Of a stretch of 64,000 nucleotides of DNA, positions 8,137 to 17,867 are shown in pieces (within the stretch, counting starts at the first letter, position 1; each line of letters begins with the position of its first letter). The DNA is from Solirubrobacteraceae bacterium (lineage in GTDB: Bacteria > Actinomycetota > Thermoleophilia > Solirubrobacterales > Solirubrobacteraceae): positions 13,656 through 77,655 of the forward strand of contig JAPSGI010000012.1 in NCBI GenBank assembly GCA_031177685.1. The letters are read 5' to 3'. The notes below the pieces were generated by a model, which saw only the letters and a program-made list of their open reading frames with translations, had not been told where the DNA came from and searched no databases. The position numbers and the translations under genes are program-made.

Positions 8137-10467
8137 CTACCCGGCGCAGCCGCGGCGCTTGACGTCTGGCGGGAACGGCAGGTCGGCGACGATCGCGCCC
8201 TCGACGTAGTCGTTCTCCAGCTGGTCGCCCGACCCGGGCGCCAGGCGGGCGGCGGTCGCGCGCAGCTGCGCGCGGCCGGCGTCGGGGGCCACCCAGGGCA
8301 GCAGGGCCAAAAACTCGGTCTTGGGCCCGGCGTACTGCCGGTAGCCCTCGGGGTCCTCGCCCGCCACCCACGTCGCGTTGCCGACGTAGTGGCAGCCGGG
8401 CCCGCGGGTGCCGCCGCGCTGGGTGATCGCGGTCTGGCCGTCGAAGGCCAGGTCGGCCAGGTTGCCGACCAGGTGCGGCGTGACGTTGTAGTCGAACGAC
8501 ACGCTCGGGTCGGCCACCGCGCGCCAGGTGGAGGACATCCACTCCAGCGGCTGCCAGAAGGGCGCCTGGCTCGCCCAGCGGCCCGGGTTGGCCTCGTCCT
8601 GCATGACGAGGTTGGTGCCGAGCCGGTCCAGGCAGCGCATGTAGTAGCGCGCGGTGTCCGAGCACGGGTCGGTCCCCGCCGGCGGATTCCCGTACACGAA
8701 GGCCGGAAGGCTGGTGGCGAACCCGATGCGGGCGGGCGTGCCCGGCAGCGCGTAGGGGCGCAGGTTGGCGACGGCGTCGGGGCCGCCGGACGGCCCGGGC
8801 GTCAGCTCGAGCGTCTGCTCGATCGCGGTCAGCGGCACCTTCTCGTTGGACGCCACCACGTTGCGCAGCGGCCACGGGCCCTCCTGGCGCACGTCGTCCG
8901 GTCCCCACATGAAGACCTCGTTGGGGACGCGCGGGCTCGTGGCCACGAACACGCTGGTGGGAAGGCCGCCGAGCTCGGGGTCCGCGAAGGTGGCGATCTC
9001 CGATGGGTCCACCGACTCGCGGAACGCGGCCTGGTTGTTCGACCCCAGGATGAAGACGCCGTAGCGGCGGGCCATGTCCGAGAAGACCTGCATCCAGCCG
9101 CGCGCGAAGGTGTCGGTGGGCGCCACGAAGGAGTCGGCGATCGCGCTGCCGCCGGGAAAGCGCGCGCGGTAGGCGGCCAGCTCGCGCGAGTAGCCGGCGC
9201 GCACCGCGGCCAGCGCCGCGAGCGTCCCGCACGGCGCGCCCTGCGGCTCGCAGCTCGGGCTGCCGGGCCGCGTGAACGCCTCGCGCGCCGCCGCCCCGCG
9301 CGCCCCCGTCGCGATGGTGGCCAGCCCGACGTCCTCGTTGAAGGCGATCACGTTCGGGTTGCGGCGCGACAGCCGCGGCACCACGTGCTCGCGGATCATG
9401 CACTCGATCTTCGTGCGGAAGGACGCGTACGAGGCGACGTGGCGGCCCTCGTGCTTGAGCTGCATCGCGAACACGCGCGGCATGTCGCGGCGCGGGCGGT
9501 ACAGCGCCTCCACGGTGCCGGCCTGGCGCGACGCGCGCGCCTGCTCGCACTGCGCCTCGGTGGGCGGCGGCGGGATCTGCGGCCGGGGCGGGAAGGCCGC
9601 GGCGACGGCGGCGCGCGCCAGGGTCGGGTCGTTGGTGATGATCTCGTCGACGCCCGCGCGGGTGGCTTGCGCGACGAGCGCCGGGTCGTCGAGCGTGTAG
9701 GGAACCACCCGCAGCCCCTCGGCGTGCGCGCGCTGCACGATCCCCGGCAGCAGACCGGCGTCGTATCCCGGGGAGATCCACTCGTACCCGCGCGCCTTGG
9801 CGAACTCCGGGGCGCCGGCGTTCATCGCCGCCAGCGTGAGCAGCGACGTCTCCACCGCCGGCAGGCGCCGCTCGACGACGTCGAGGTTGTCCGGCCAGAA
9901 CGACTGGACCACGATCTGCGAGCGGGGAACGTCGGAGGCCGCCAGCGCGTCGACCACGACGTTCGCGAAGCCCTGCGAGGCATCGAAGTCCGCGGAGTCG
10001 GTGGGGACGTTCTTGATCTCGACGTTCACGCGCGCGCCGGTACGTGCGGCGAGGTCGAGCAGCTCCTCCAGCGTGGGGACGCGTTCCGTGGACGCCGGGT
10101 CCGGGGCCGTGACGGCGCCGATCCCGCGCACGTCGACCACGCAGTTCGCGCGGATGGACTCCAGCGTGCGGTCCTTGACCAGGCCCGCGCAGTTCGTCGT
10201 GCGGTCCAGCGTCGCGTCGTGGATCACCACGGGCCGGCGGTCGCTCGTCAGCTTGACGTCGGCCTCCAGGACGAATCCGCGCTCGGCGCCGTGCGCGAAG
10301 GCGGCCAGCGTGTTCTCGCCGAAGGCCGGCGCGCCGTTCACCAGCGGGCCGCCGCGGTGCGCGTGCAGGAAGGGAGCCGCCGCCGCGGCCGGGGCGAGCG
10401 CGAGCACGGCGAGGGCGCCGGCGGTGCCGGCCAGCCAACCGCGACGTCCGTGGCGCATCCCGCTCAT
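8137..10467 (-). CDS. Secreted fusion protein: glycerophosphodiester phosphodiesterase (GDPD) domain + carbon-nitrogen hydrolase (nitrilase-superfamily)-like domain
   Basis: Signal peptide MSGMRHGRRGWLAGTAGALAVLALAPAAAAA. GDPD motifs HRGG...ENTL..F, LEADVKLTSD..PVVIHD, VNVEIK. After a PPRPQIPPPP linker comes a roughly 470-aa region with nitrilase-like strands (VIAFNEDVGL, ASNEKVPLT, ARIGFATSLPAF). Confidence 0.8.
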   Translation of the reverse strand: MSGMRHGRRGWLAGTAGALAVLALAPAAAAAPFLHAHRGGPLVNGAPAFGENTLAAFAHGAERGFVLEADVKLTSDRRPVVIHDATLDRTTNCAGLVKDRTLESIRANCVVDVRGIGAVTAPDPASTERVPTLEELLDLAARTGARVNVEIKNVPTDSADFDASQGFANVVVDALAASDVPRSQIVVQSFWPDNLDVVERRLPAVETSLLTLAAMNAGAPEFAKARGYEWISPGYDAGLLPGIVQRAHAEGLRVVPYTLDDPALVAQATRAGVDEIITNDPTLARAAVAAAFPPRPQIPPPPTEAQCEQARASRQAGTVEALYRPRRDMPRVFAMQLKHEGRHVASYASFRTKIECMIREHVVPRLSRRNPNVIAFNEDVGLATIATGARGAAAREAFTRPGSPSCEPQGAPCGTLAALAAVRAGYSRELAAYRARFPGGSAIADSFVAPTDTFARGWMQVFSDMARRYGVFILGSNNQAAFRESVDPSEIATFADPELGGLPTSVFVATSPRVPNEVFMWGPDDVRQEGPWPLRNVVASNEKVPLTAIEQTLELTPGPSGGPDAVANLRPYALPGTPARIGFATSLPAFVYGNPPAGTDPCSDTARYYMRCLDRLGTNLVMQDEANPGRWASQAPFWQPLEWMSSTWRAVADPSVSFDYNVTPHLVGNLADLAFDGQTAITQRGGTRGPGCHYVGNATWVAGEDPEGYRQYAGPKTEFLALLPWVAPDAGRAQLRATAARLAPGSGDQLENDYVEGAIVADLPFPPDVKRRGCAG

Positions 10468-10506
10468 CCCCCAAGGCTGAAACGGCGCGGCCGGCGAAAA
10501 CTTGCG

Positions 10507-11115
10507 TCAGTCCGCCTGGGCCAGGGCCGCATCCAGCAGCGCGCGGGCAGTGGCGCGCACGATCGCGGTGGCCTCCTCGCGCGATTGCCCCGCGACGTCG
10601 ATCAGCCAGACCAGCGCCTCGATTCCGATCGCCGCGCGGATCGCCAGGACGAGGCGGCGCAGCTCGCGCGGTCCGAGCCGCTCGCGCAGAGGCTCCAGCG
10701 CGTCCTCCAGCCACCCGATGGCGCGCCCCTGGCGCAGCGGCAGCTCGTCGGGGCCGTGCGGGCCGGGCTCCAGCGAGAGGCGCAGCTGGGCACGCAGCTC
10801 GGGCTCGTGGTCGAGCACCTGGCGCGTGAAGCGCTCCACCGCCTCGTCCAGCCGTGCGACGGGATCCTGCGGCGGGGCGGGCCCGAGCAGCGAGGTGACG
10901 CCGATCTCGGGGTAGGTGCCGGCGACCAGCGCGCGCTGGTTGGCGAAGTAGCGGTAGGCGGTGGTGCGCGAGATCCCGGCGCGGTCGGCCGCCTGCTCGA
11001 CCGTCGGCGTCGCGCCTTCCGCGAGCAGCTCGCGCGCGGCCGCGAGCAGCGCGGCGCGCGTCCGTGCCTTCTGGCGGGTCCGTCCGGTGAGCTCATATGG
11101 GATTGACATGCCCAT
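10507..11115 (-). CDS. TetR family transcriptional regulator
   Basis: N-terminal HTH TRAALLAAARELLAEGATPTVEQAADRAGISRTTAYRYFANQ. Lies directly upstream, on the same strand, of the GDPD fusion gene. Confidence 0.9.
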   Translation of the reverse strand: MGMSIPYELTGRTRQKARTRAALLAAARELLAEGATPTVEQAADRAGISRTTAYRYFANQRALVAGTYPEIGVTSLLGPAPPQDPVARLDEAVERFTRQVLDHEPELRAQLRLSLEPGPHGPDELPLRQGRAIGWLEDALEPLRERLGPRELRRLVLAIRAAIGIEALVWLIDVAGQSREEATAIVRATARALLDAALAQAD

Positions 11116-11116
11116 T

Positions 11117-11150
11117 ACGGAACTATAGTCTCTTCACGGACAGTGTAGTC
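11117..11150. promoter_or_regulatory. Candidate TetR operator/promoter: two similar half-sites ACGGAACTATAGTC and ACGGACAGTGTAGTC
   Basis: AT-richer island in the 82-bp gap between the divergent TetR and cupin genes. The first copy contains the 8-bp palindrome ACTATAGT. Function is inferred from position only. Confidence 0.35.
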
Positions 11151-11197
11151 CCATAACGAGAGACGCGGCGCCGGGACGCCGCAGGGAGGGGCAGGAG

Positions 11198-11710
11198 ATG
11201 AACACCGGGACGCCGATCATCCGGCAGGCGGGCGAGGGCGAGCGGCTCTGGTTCGCGGGCGGCGGGCTGTTCACGATGAAGGCGAGCGCCGCCGAGACCA
11301 ACGACGCCTTCGTGCTGTTCGAGGACCGCGTGGTGCGCGGCAAGACGACCCCGCTGCACCTGCACCCGCACGAGGACGAGACGATCTACGTGCTCGAGGG
11401 CGAGCTGCTCGTCGACATGGACGGCGAGCGCCACCGCATCGGCACGGGCGGCCTGTTCGTGGCTCCACGCGGCGTGCCGCACGCCTTCCTCGTCACGTCC
11501 GAGACGGCGCACCTCCTCGCGCTGCAGACGCCCGGGACCGGCGAGGCGTTCTACCGCGCGGTCAGCGAGCCGGCGAGGTCGGAGGCCGACGCCGAGCGCC
11601 CGCCGGACTTCGCGCGCCTGCGCGAGGCCGCCGAGCGCTCCGACACGATCGAGCTCCTTGGACCGCCGCCCTTCGACGACGTGGAGCTGGAGGCCGCCGC
11701 CGCGGGGTAG
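11198..11710 (+). CDS. Cupin-domain protein
   Basis: GGGAGGGGCAGGAG upstream. Cupin motifs PLHLHPHEDETIYVLEGEL and FVAPRGVPHAF. Confidence 0.85.
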   Translation: MNTGTPIIRQAGEGERLWFAGGGLFTMKASAAETNDAFVLFEDRVVRGKTTPLHLHPHEDETIYVLEGELLVDMDGERHRIGTGGLFVAPRGVPHAFLVTSETAHLLALQTPGTGEAFYRAVSEPARSEADAERPPDFARLREAAERSDTIELLGPPPFDDVELEAAAAG

Positions 11711-11719
11711 GAGCGGGGG

Positions 11720-12718
11720 GTGTCCGCGCGCGCCCCGTCCACCACGTCCCACCGCCTCGGCTTCGCCGTCAAGGTGCTCGGCGAGGGCGGACTGCCCTCG
11801 CACGACACCCGGCGCTGGCAGTCGGGCCCGCACCTGCGCCACTCGCTGGAGTGCCTGCGGGCGATCCTCGACTACCTGCAGCGCCACGACGTCCGCATGT
11901 ACCGGATGGCCACGGCGCTGGCCCCGTACGCGAGCCATCCGCAGCTGAACCAGTTCCACGACCAGGTCGCGGAGTGCGCGCGCGAGCTCGCGGACGTGGG
12001 CGACGCCGTCCGCGCGCGCGACGTCCGGCTCTCCACGCACCCGGGGCAGTACACCGTGCTCAACTCCGAGGACCCCGGCGTGCGCGACGCCGCCGTGGCG
12101 GAGCTGGAGGTGCAGGCCTCGCTGCTGGACGCCATGGGACTGGGGCCCGAGGCGGTGGTCGTCCTGCACGTCGGGGGGATGGCCGGCGGCAAGCGCGCGG
12201 CGTGCGACCGCTTCCTGGCGGGCTTCGAGCGGCTCTCGCAGCGCGCGCGGGCGCGGCTGACGATCGAGAACGACGACCGCTCCTTCGGCACGGCCGACGT
12301 CGTGGCGCTGGCGCGACGCGCCGGGATTCGCGTGGTGTGGGACGTCCTGCACCACCGCTGCCACGACCCCGAGGGCATCGACGACCGCGCGGCGCTGGCG
12401 GCCGCGCTGGCCACGTGGCCGCGCGACACCGTCCCCAAGATCCACTACTCGTCGCCGCGCCTGGACGTAGAGGAGCGCAAGGTCCGCGAGGGGCGCCGCG
12501 TGCGCCGGCGGATCGTGCTGCCCCAGCTGCGCGCCCACGCCGACCTGGTCGATCCCATCGGCTTCGAGCACTTCCTGCGCGATGCGCGGGCGGGGCGCGA
12601 CTTCGACGTGATGCTGGAGGCCAAGGCCAAGGACCTCGCGCTGCTGCGCCTGCGCGAGCAGCTGGAGCGGCGGGGGCTGCGCGGCGAGGCCGGCCGGCTC
12701 GTCGTGCCTACGGCGTGA
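11720..12718 (+). CDS. uvsE: UV DNA damage endonuclease (UvsE/UVDE)
   Basis: GTG start 11720. HRLGFAVKVLG..., LECLRAILDYLQRHDVRMYRM, RLSTHPGQYTVLNS, VVVLHVGG, LTIEND and DVMLEAKAKDLALLRL match the UVDE TIM-barrel family. Confidence 0.9.
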   Translation: MSARAPSTTSHRLGFAVKVLGEGGLPSHDTRRWQSGPHLRHSLECLRAILDYLQRHDVRMYRMATALAPYASHPQLNQFHDQVAECARELADVGDAVRARDVRLSTHPGQYTVLNSEDPGVRDAAVAELEVQASLLDAMGLGPEAVVVLHVGGMAGGKRAACDRFLAGFERLSQRARARLTIENDDRSFGTADVVALARRAGIRVVWDVLHHRCHDPEGIDDRAALAAALATWPRDTVPKIHYSSPRLDVEERKVREGRRVRRRIVLPQLRAHADLVDPIGFEHFLRDARAGRDFDVMLEAKAKDLALLRLREQLERRGLRGEAGRLVVPTA

Positions 12719-13535
12719 CCGCCTCCTGGCCGGCGAACGCGCGGATCCTCCCGGCGTAGGGCTCCGGATGGGTGAGGTGGGGCACGTGCGCCGCGCCCTC
12801 GATGGTCTCGCGCCGGGCCTGCGGCATGGCCTGCACGAGCCGGTCGATCACCATGAAGAACGTCGGCGGGCTCTCGGTCCCCTGCGTGAAGCGCACGGGC
12901 ACGTCGATCGTCCGCAGCGCCTCCACGTCCGCCGCCAGCTGGTCGGGGTCGCGCAGCTCGTCCAGGAAGGTGGGCGCGTTCTCCACGAACGTCGCGCGCA
13001 CGGGCGGCGGCAGCTCGTTCTCCCACGCGCCGGGACCGAAGGCCACCTCCTCGACGAACTGGCGCGCCGCGCCCTCGTGGTCGCCCTGTGCGAGGCGCGC
13101 GCCCACGGACTCGATGCTGCCGCGTCCGCGCTCGAGCGCCTCCTGGCCCTCGGGGTCGCCCGCCAGCAGGCCCCACAGCGGCGGCTCGTGGCAGGACAGC
13201 GTCCGGAAGAGCTCCGGGCGCTGCGCGGCGAGGCGCAGCGTGAAGTTGCCGGCGTAGGAGTTCGTGACCACGTGCGCCGGCGCGAGCTCGAGCCCCTCGA
13301 TCAGCGCGGCGAGGTCGGCGGCGTCCTCGTGGACGCTGCCCTGCGCGTCGGGGCGCTCGCTGCGCGAATGGCCGCGGCGGTCGTAGGTCACGACCGTGAA
13401 GGTGTCGGTCAGCAGCGGCACCAGCGCCTGCCAGCTCGAGCCGTTGACCCAGGACCCATGCACCAGGACCAGCGGCGGCCCCTCGCCCTGGACCTCGTGG
13501 TAGAGCCGCACCCCGTTCGCTTCGATCTCGGCCAT
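12708..13535 (-). CDS. Alpha/beta hydrolase
   Basis: Only the last 275 codons of track ORF 12708..14768 are credible. ATG 13535 is preceded by GAGGAGGG. MAEIEANGVRLYHEVQGEGPPLVLVHGSW...YDRRGHSRS... Its 3-prime end overlaps uvsE by 11 nt. Confidence 0.9.
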   Translation of the reverse strand: MAEIEANGVRLYHEVQGEGPPLVLVHGSWVNGSSWQALVPLLTDTFTVVTYDRRGHSRSERPDAQGSVHEDAADLAALIEGLELAPAHVVTNSYAGNFTLRLAAQRPELFRTLSCHEPPLWGLLAGDPEGQEALERGRGSIESVGARLAQGDHEGAARQFVEEVAFGPGAWENELPPPVRATFVENAPTFLDELRDPDQLAADVEALRTIDVPVRFTQGTESPPTFFMVIDRLVQAMPQARRETIEGAAHVPHLTHPEPYAGRIRAFAGQEAVTP

Positions 13536-13682
13536 CTCGCCGCCCTCCTCGGATCGCGTACGCGACGAACCTACGACCGCGCTGTACGAGACGCAAGGGC
13601 CCGGGCAGCGAGCTGACTTTTGGGGCGCGAGATAGGGGATTCTCCCGATGCGCGGCGGCCCGCGGCGCCGGATGCTTGGCGC

Positions 13683-15023
13683 ATGCACCCGATCATCGAG
13701 CAGGAGCTCAGCCTGCGCGGGGAGCTGCTGCGCCCCGGCAGCGACGGCTATGACGAGGCGCGGTCCCTCTGGAACGGCCTCGTCGACAAGCGGCCCGCGC
13801 TCATCGCGCGCTGCGCCGGTGCGGGCGACGTGGCACAGGGCGTGCGCTTCGCGCGCGAGCACGACCTCGTCCTCGCGGTGCGCGGCGGCGGGCACAACAT
13901 CGCGGGCAAGTCGCTGTGCGACGGCGGCCTCGTCCTCGACCTGTCGAGGATGAACCGCGTCCAAGTGGACCCGGCGCGCCGGCGCGCGCGCGTGGAAGGC
14001 GGCGCGCGGCTGGGCGACGTGGACCGCGAGACGCAGGCGTTCGGTCTGGCCACCACGCTGGGCATCGCCTCCGACACCGGCGTGGCCGGCCTCACGCTGG
14101 GCGGCGGCTACGGGTGGCTGGCGGGCCGCCACGGGATGGCCTGCGACAACCTGGTCGCGGCCGAGCTGGTGACCGCGGACGGCGAGCTGCTGACGGCGAG
14201 CGAGGACGAGCACCCGGACCTGCTCTGGGGACTGCGCGGAGGCGGCGGCAACTTCGGCGTGGTGACCGCGCTGGAGTTCCGTCTGCATCTCGTGGGCCCG
14301 GTCGTGCTCGGCGGGATGCTCGTGCACCGGGCGACGCGCGACGCGCTGCGCCGCTTCGACGAGTGGGCGCGCTGGTGTCCCGACGAGGTGAGCGCGGCGG
14401 GGCTGCTCGCGTCGGCGCCGGACGGCACGCCGGCGCTGGCCGTCGTTGCTTGTCACTGCGGGCGCGTGGACGACGGCGAGCGCGTGCTCGCCCCGCTGCG
14501 CGCCTTCGCGGAGCCGCTGCTCGACGACGTCGCGCCGCGAACCTACGTGGAGATGCAGCGCATCACCGACGCGTCCTGGCCACGCGGACGGCTCTACTAC
14601 TGGAAGTCCAGCCTGGTGCGCGAGCTGGACGACGGCGCGATCGAGGCCCTCCTGGAGCACGCGGCGCGCAAGCCCACGCCGGAGTCGGTGATCTACCTGC
14701 AGCAGCTGCACGGCGCCGCGACCCGCGTGGCCGCGGAGGAGACCGCCTTCCCCCATCGCTACGACCATTTCAACTGCGGCGCGATGCTCAACGCGCAGGA
14801 CCCGGCGGACGTGGACGCGGGCGTGCGCTGGAGCCGCACGGCCTGGGAGGCGATGCAGCCGTTCGCGCAGCGCGGCAACTACGTCAACGACCTCGGCGAG
14901 GAGGGCGAGCTGCGCGTGCGCGAGGCGTACGGGTCGAGCTTCGAGCGCCTGCGCGCGCTCAAGCGGCGCTACGACCCCGACAACGTCTTCCGCCTCAACC
15001 AGAACGTCGCGCCGGACGCGTAG
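13683..15023 (+). CDS. FAD-binding oxidoreductase, BBE/VAO family (paralog 1 of 3)
   Basis: Start placed at ATG 13683 within ORF 13620..15023. [56 protein letters not shown] and C-terminal [14 protein letters not shown]. Confidence 0.9.
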   Translation: MHPIIEQELSLRGELLRPGSDGYDEARSLWNGLVDKRPALIARCAGAGDVAQGVRFAREHDLVLAVRGGGHNIAGKSLCDGGLVLDLSRMNRVQVDPARRRARVEGGARLGDVDRETQAFGLATTLGIASDTGVAGLTLGGGYGWLAGRHGMACDNLVAAELVTADGELLTASEDEHPDLLWGLRGGGGNFGVVTALEFRLHLVGPVVLGGMLVHRATRDALRRFDEWARWCPDEVSAAGLLASAPDGTPALAVVACHCGRVDDGERVLAPLRAFAEPLLDDVAPRTYVEMQRITDASWPRGRLYYWKSSLVRELDDGAIEALLEHAARKPTPESVIYLQQLHGAATRVAAEETAFPHRYDHFNCGAMLNAQDPADVDAGVRWSRTAWEAMQPFAQRGNYVNDLGEEGELRVREAYGSSFERLRALKRRYDPDNVFRLNQNVAPDA

Positions 15024-15039
15024 AACCGCGCGCCGCGCG

Positions 15040-16707
15040 GTGGGAACATGGGGCGCGGTGGAGGGGACGCACGACCTCCTGAGGGCGGCGGACGAGGCGC
15101 GCCTGCGCGCCGACTGGGAGCGCGCGCGAGCCCTCTACGCCGACGCGCTGGCCACCGACCCCGAGGATCCCGAGGCGCTCGACGGCCTGGGCAAGACGTC
15201 ATTCTGGGTGACGGGGAACTGGCGCGAATCGCTCGCGCTGCGCGAGCGCGCCTACGCGGAGTTCCGGCGCCGGGGCGACGTGCGCCGCGCCGGCGGCGTG
15301 GCGGTCGCGCTGGCCGAGGCCTCGCGCATCGAGGGGATCGAAGCCGCCGCGCGGGGATGGCTGGCGCGCACCGAGCGGCTGCTCGAAGGCGCCGGCGACT
15401 GCGCCGAGCTCGGCTGGCTGGCGATCGAACGGGCCAAGCAGGAGGGCGCATCCGCCGCCCGCGAGGCGCACGCTCGCACGGCGGTGGAGATCGCCCAGCG
15501 GATCGGCGACGGCGACCTGGAGGTCGCTGCCCTCGCCCACCTCGGCCTGGCCCGAACCATGGCCGGCGACGTGGCGGGCGGCATGGCGATCCTCGACGAG
15601 GCCATGGCCGCCGCGACCGGCGGGGAGGCGAGCGATCCGCTGGCCATCGGCGAGACGTGCTGCATGACCCTGGTCGCGTGCGACGAGTGGGCGGACTTCC
15701 AGCGCGCCGCGCAGTGGTGCCGCGTCGTCGTCGAGTTCACCCGGCGGCGCAACTACACGCCGCTGGCCGCGTGGTGCCGGACGATCTACGCGGGCGTGCT
15801 CACCACGCTGGGCGAGTGGACGCGCGCCGAGGAGCAGCTGCTGGCCTCGCTGCGCGAGTACGACCGCCTGGCCGGCTCGAGCCGCGTCTACGCGCTCGCG
15901 CGCCTGGCCGAGCTGCGCCTGCGCCAGGGGCGCCTCGAGGAGGCCGAGCGCCTGCTGGAGGGCCACACCGAGCACCCGCTCGCGGTGGGGCCCGTGGTCG
16001 CGCTGCATCTGGCGCGCGGGGAGCTGGAGCTGGCGGCCGCGCGGCTGGAGGAGCGCCTCGCCCAGCTGCCGGCCGGGGGCCCCGCCACCGCGCCGCTGCT
16101 GCCGCTGCTGGTGGACGTGCGGGTCGCGCGCGACGACCTCGACGGCGCGGCCGCGGCCGTCGAGCGGCTGCGCGAGCTGGGCCGGGCCCTGCGCCGCGAG
16201 CAGCTCGTCGCGTTCGCCGAGCTGGCCGCGGCCCGCGTGAGCGCCGCGCGCGGCGACGGCGCCGCGGGCGCGCACCTGCGCGCGGCGCTCGACCTCTTCG
16301 CGCGCCTGGACATGCCGCTCGAGGAGGCGCGAACGCGCCTGGAGCTGGCCCGCCACCACGCGCGGGCCGGATCGCAGCTCTCGGTTCCCGAGGCGCGCGC
16401 CGCGCTGTCGGCGTGCGAGCGCCTGGGCGCCGGGCTGGACGCCGACGCGGCCGCGAGCCTTCTGCGCTCCCTCGGTGCCTCGGGCCGCAGCGCGCAGCGC
16501 GGCGGCGGCGAGCTGACGCGGCGCGAGCTCGAGGTGCTCGACCTGCTCGCCGAGGGACTGTCGAACGCGGAGATCGCGCAGCGGCTCGTGATCGCGCCCA
16601 AGACGGTGGAGCACCACGTCGGCAACGTGCTGGCCAAGCTCTCGCTGCGCAACCGCACCGAGGCCGCGGCCTACCGGCTGCGCGGGACTACGTCCCCCAG
16701 CCCGTGA
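15040..16707 (+). CDS. TPR-repeat LuxR-family transcriptional regulator (no ATPase domain)
   Basis: Long helical-repeat region, then [43 protein letters not shown] (GerE/LuxR HTH). GTG start at 15040 or 15058. Confidence 0.85.
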   Translation: MGTWGAVEGTHDLLRAADEARLRADWERARALYADALATDPEDPEALDGLGKTSFWVTGNWRESLALRERAYAEFRRRGDVRRAGGVAVALAEASRIEGIEAAARGWLARTERLLEGAGDCAELGWLAIERAKQEGASAAREAHARTAVEIAQRIGDGDLEVAALAHLGLARTMAGDVAGGMAILDEAMAAATGGEASDPLAIGETCCMTLVACDEWADFQRAAQWCRVVVEFTRRRNYTPLAAWCRTIYAGVLTTLGEWTRAEEQLLASLREYDRLAGSSRVYALARLAELRLRQGRLEEAERLLEGHTEHPLAVGPVVALHLARGELELAAARLEERLAQLPAGGPATAPLLPLLVDVRVARDDLDGAAAAVERLRELGRALRREQLVAFAELAAARVSAARGDGAAGAHLRAALDLFARLDMPLEEARTRLELARHHARAGSQLSVPEARAALSACERLGAGLDADAAASLLRSLGASGRSAQRGGGELTRRELEVLDLLAEGLSNAEIAQRLVIAPKTVEHHVGNVLAKLSLRNRTEAAAYRLRGTTSPSP

Positions 16708-17857
16708 GGCGGATCTCGGTCGGCGAGCTCGATGCGTTCGACGTCACCCGCGCGCGAGCGCGGCGGGCGCCGGTCGCGCGGGGCGCGAAGCGCACGTTGA
16801 ACACGCAGGCGCCGCCGGCCGGCACGACGTTGGGCACGCAGCTGTCGCCCGTCACGACGAAGTCGCGGCGGTGGGAGCCGAGGATGCGGATGCGCGCGAC
16901 GTCGAGCGGCGAGCTGCTGGTGTCGAGGAGCACGAAGGCCTTGATCGCGCCCGGCCCTCCGGCGCGCGCGGGCCCGAACTGGTGCGCGCGCGGAACCGCT
17001 CGCACGGTGGGATCGACCGCGACGCCGCACGGCCCGTGCGCGTTGCGCACGAAGCGCTGGTCGACGCGCGCGCCGCGCAGCGTCGCGCGCCCGATGGTGT
17101 CGCGACCGGTGCTCCAGTACACGTGCCGGGCGTCGACCGCCACGCCGCACGGCCGCAAGGCAGGGATGAAGCGCGGCTGCAGGCGCGTCCCGTCCAGTCG
17201 GGACCGCGCGATCGCGTTGCCGGCGCGGTTGGCCCAGTAGACGTGCGTGTGCGTGACCGCGACGCCGCACGGGTCCGCGGCGCGGCGGACGAAGTCCTGC
17301 TCGACGTCGAAGCGCCCGTGCGAGCGCCCGATGCTCCCCGGCTCGCCGCCGTTGGCCCAGTACACGTGGTCGGGATCGACGGCGACTCCGCATGGCGCGG
17401 GACCCGTCTCGGCGAACGCCGCATCGGGTCGCGACCCGTCGCGCAGCGCACGGCCGACGAAGCCGAACCCGAAGGCGGTGTGCGTCCAGTAGATCCCGGA
17501 GGTGTCCAGCGTGACGCCGCCGGGCGAGTTGCCGACCTTCAGGAACGCCTGGTCCACGCGCCGGCCGGAACGGCCCGCGCGGCCGATGCGCCCGGCTTCG
17601 TCACCGTGCGCCCAGTACACGTGCGCGCCGTCCACGGCGACGGCGCGCGGCGCGGCGGCTCCGCGCACGAACGACTGGTCCACGTCACGGCCGCCGGCAC
17701 TCGACCGGCCGATGCTGCCGCTCTCCTGGTTGGCCCAGAAGACGTCCGCGCTTGCCGACGCGCACGCCAGCAGCGTCAGCGCCATCCCGGCGGCGCACCC
17801 GCGCCACGCGAGGCGCCGTCGCACGAGGACCCCGCGCTGCGTCAGCCACCGTCGCAC
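16688..17857 (-). CDS. Secreted/lipoprotein six-bladed YWTD-like beta-propeller with C-terminal choice-of-anchor-D/ASH-like domain
   Basis: Six repeats of about 42 aa of the form [VI][FY]W(A/T/S)...IGR...G....Q.F.....P.GVAVD. The tail [31 protein letters not shown]...[11 protein letters not shown] is ASH/choice-of-anchor-D-like. The start is uncertain (GTG 17857, GTG 17827 or ATG 17785). A possible lipobox LLAC is present. Confidence 0.75.
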   Translation of the reverse strand: MRRWLTQRGVLVRRRLAWRGCAAGMALTLLACASASADVFWANQESGSIGRSSAGGRDVDQSFVRGAAAPRAVAVDGAHVYWAHGDEAGRIGRAGRSGRRVDQAFLKVGNSPGGVTLDTSGIYWTHTAFGFGFVGRALRDGSRPDAAFAETGPAPCGVAVDPDHVYWANGGEPGSIGRSHGRFDVEQDFVRRAADPCGVAVTHTHVYWANRAGNAIARSRLDGTRLQPRFIPALRPCGVAVDARHVYWSTGRDTIGRATLRGARVDQRFVRNAHGPCGVAVDPTVRAVPRAHQFGPARAGGPGAIKAFVLLDTSSSPLDVARIRILGSHRRDFVVTGDSCVPNVVPAGGACVFNVRFAPRATGARRARARVTSNASSSPTEIRLTGWGT

Positions 17858-17867
17858 GCGGGTGGGG

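Noticed and set aside
6593-10714. 1373-aa ORF on the minus strand (plus 8389..11106 + and 6697..8130 +)
   Set aside because: It spans three separately well-supported genes in another frame or strand. Composition is dominated by R, A, G and P. This is a high-GC stop-codon-free artefact.
12708-14768. 686-aa minus-strand ORF
   Set aside because: Only the last 275 codons (alpha/beta hydrolase, RBS + ATG at 13535) are credible. The upstream part is antisense to the FAD oxidase gene.
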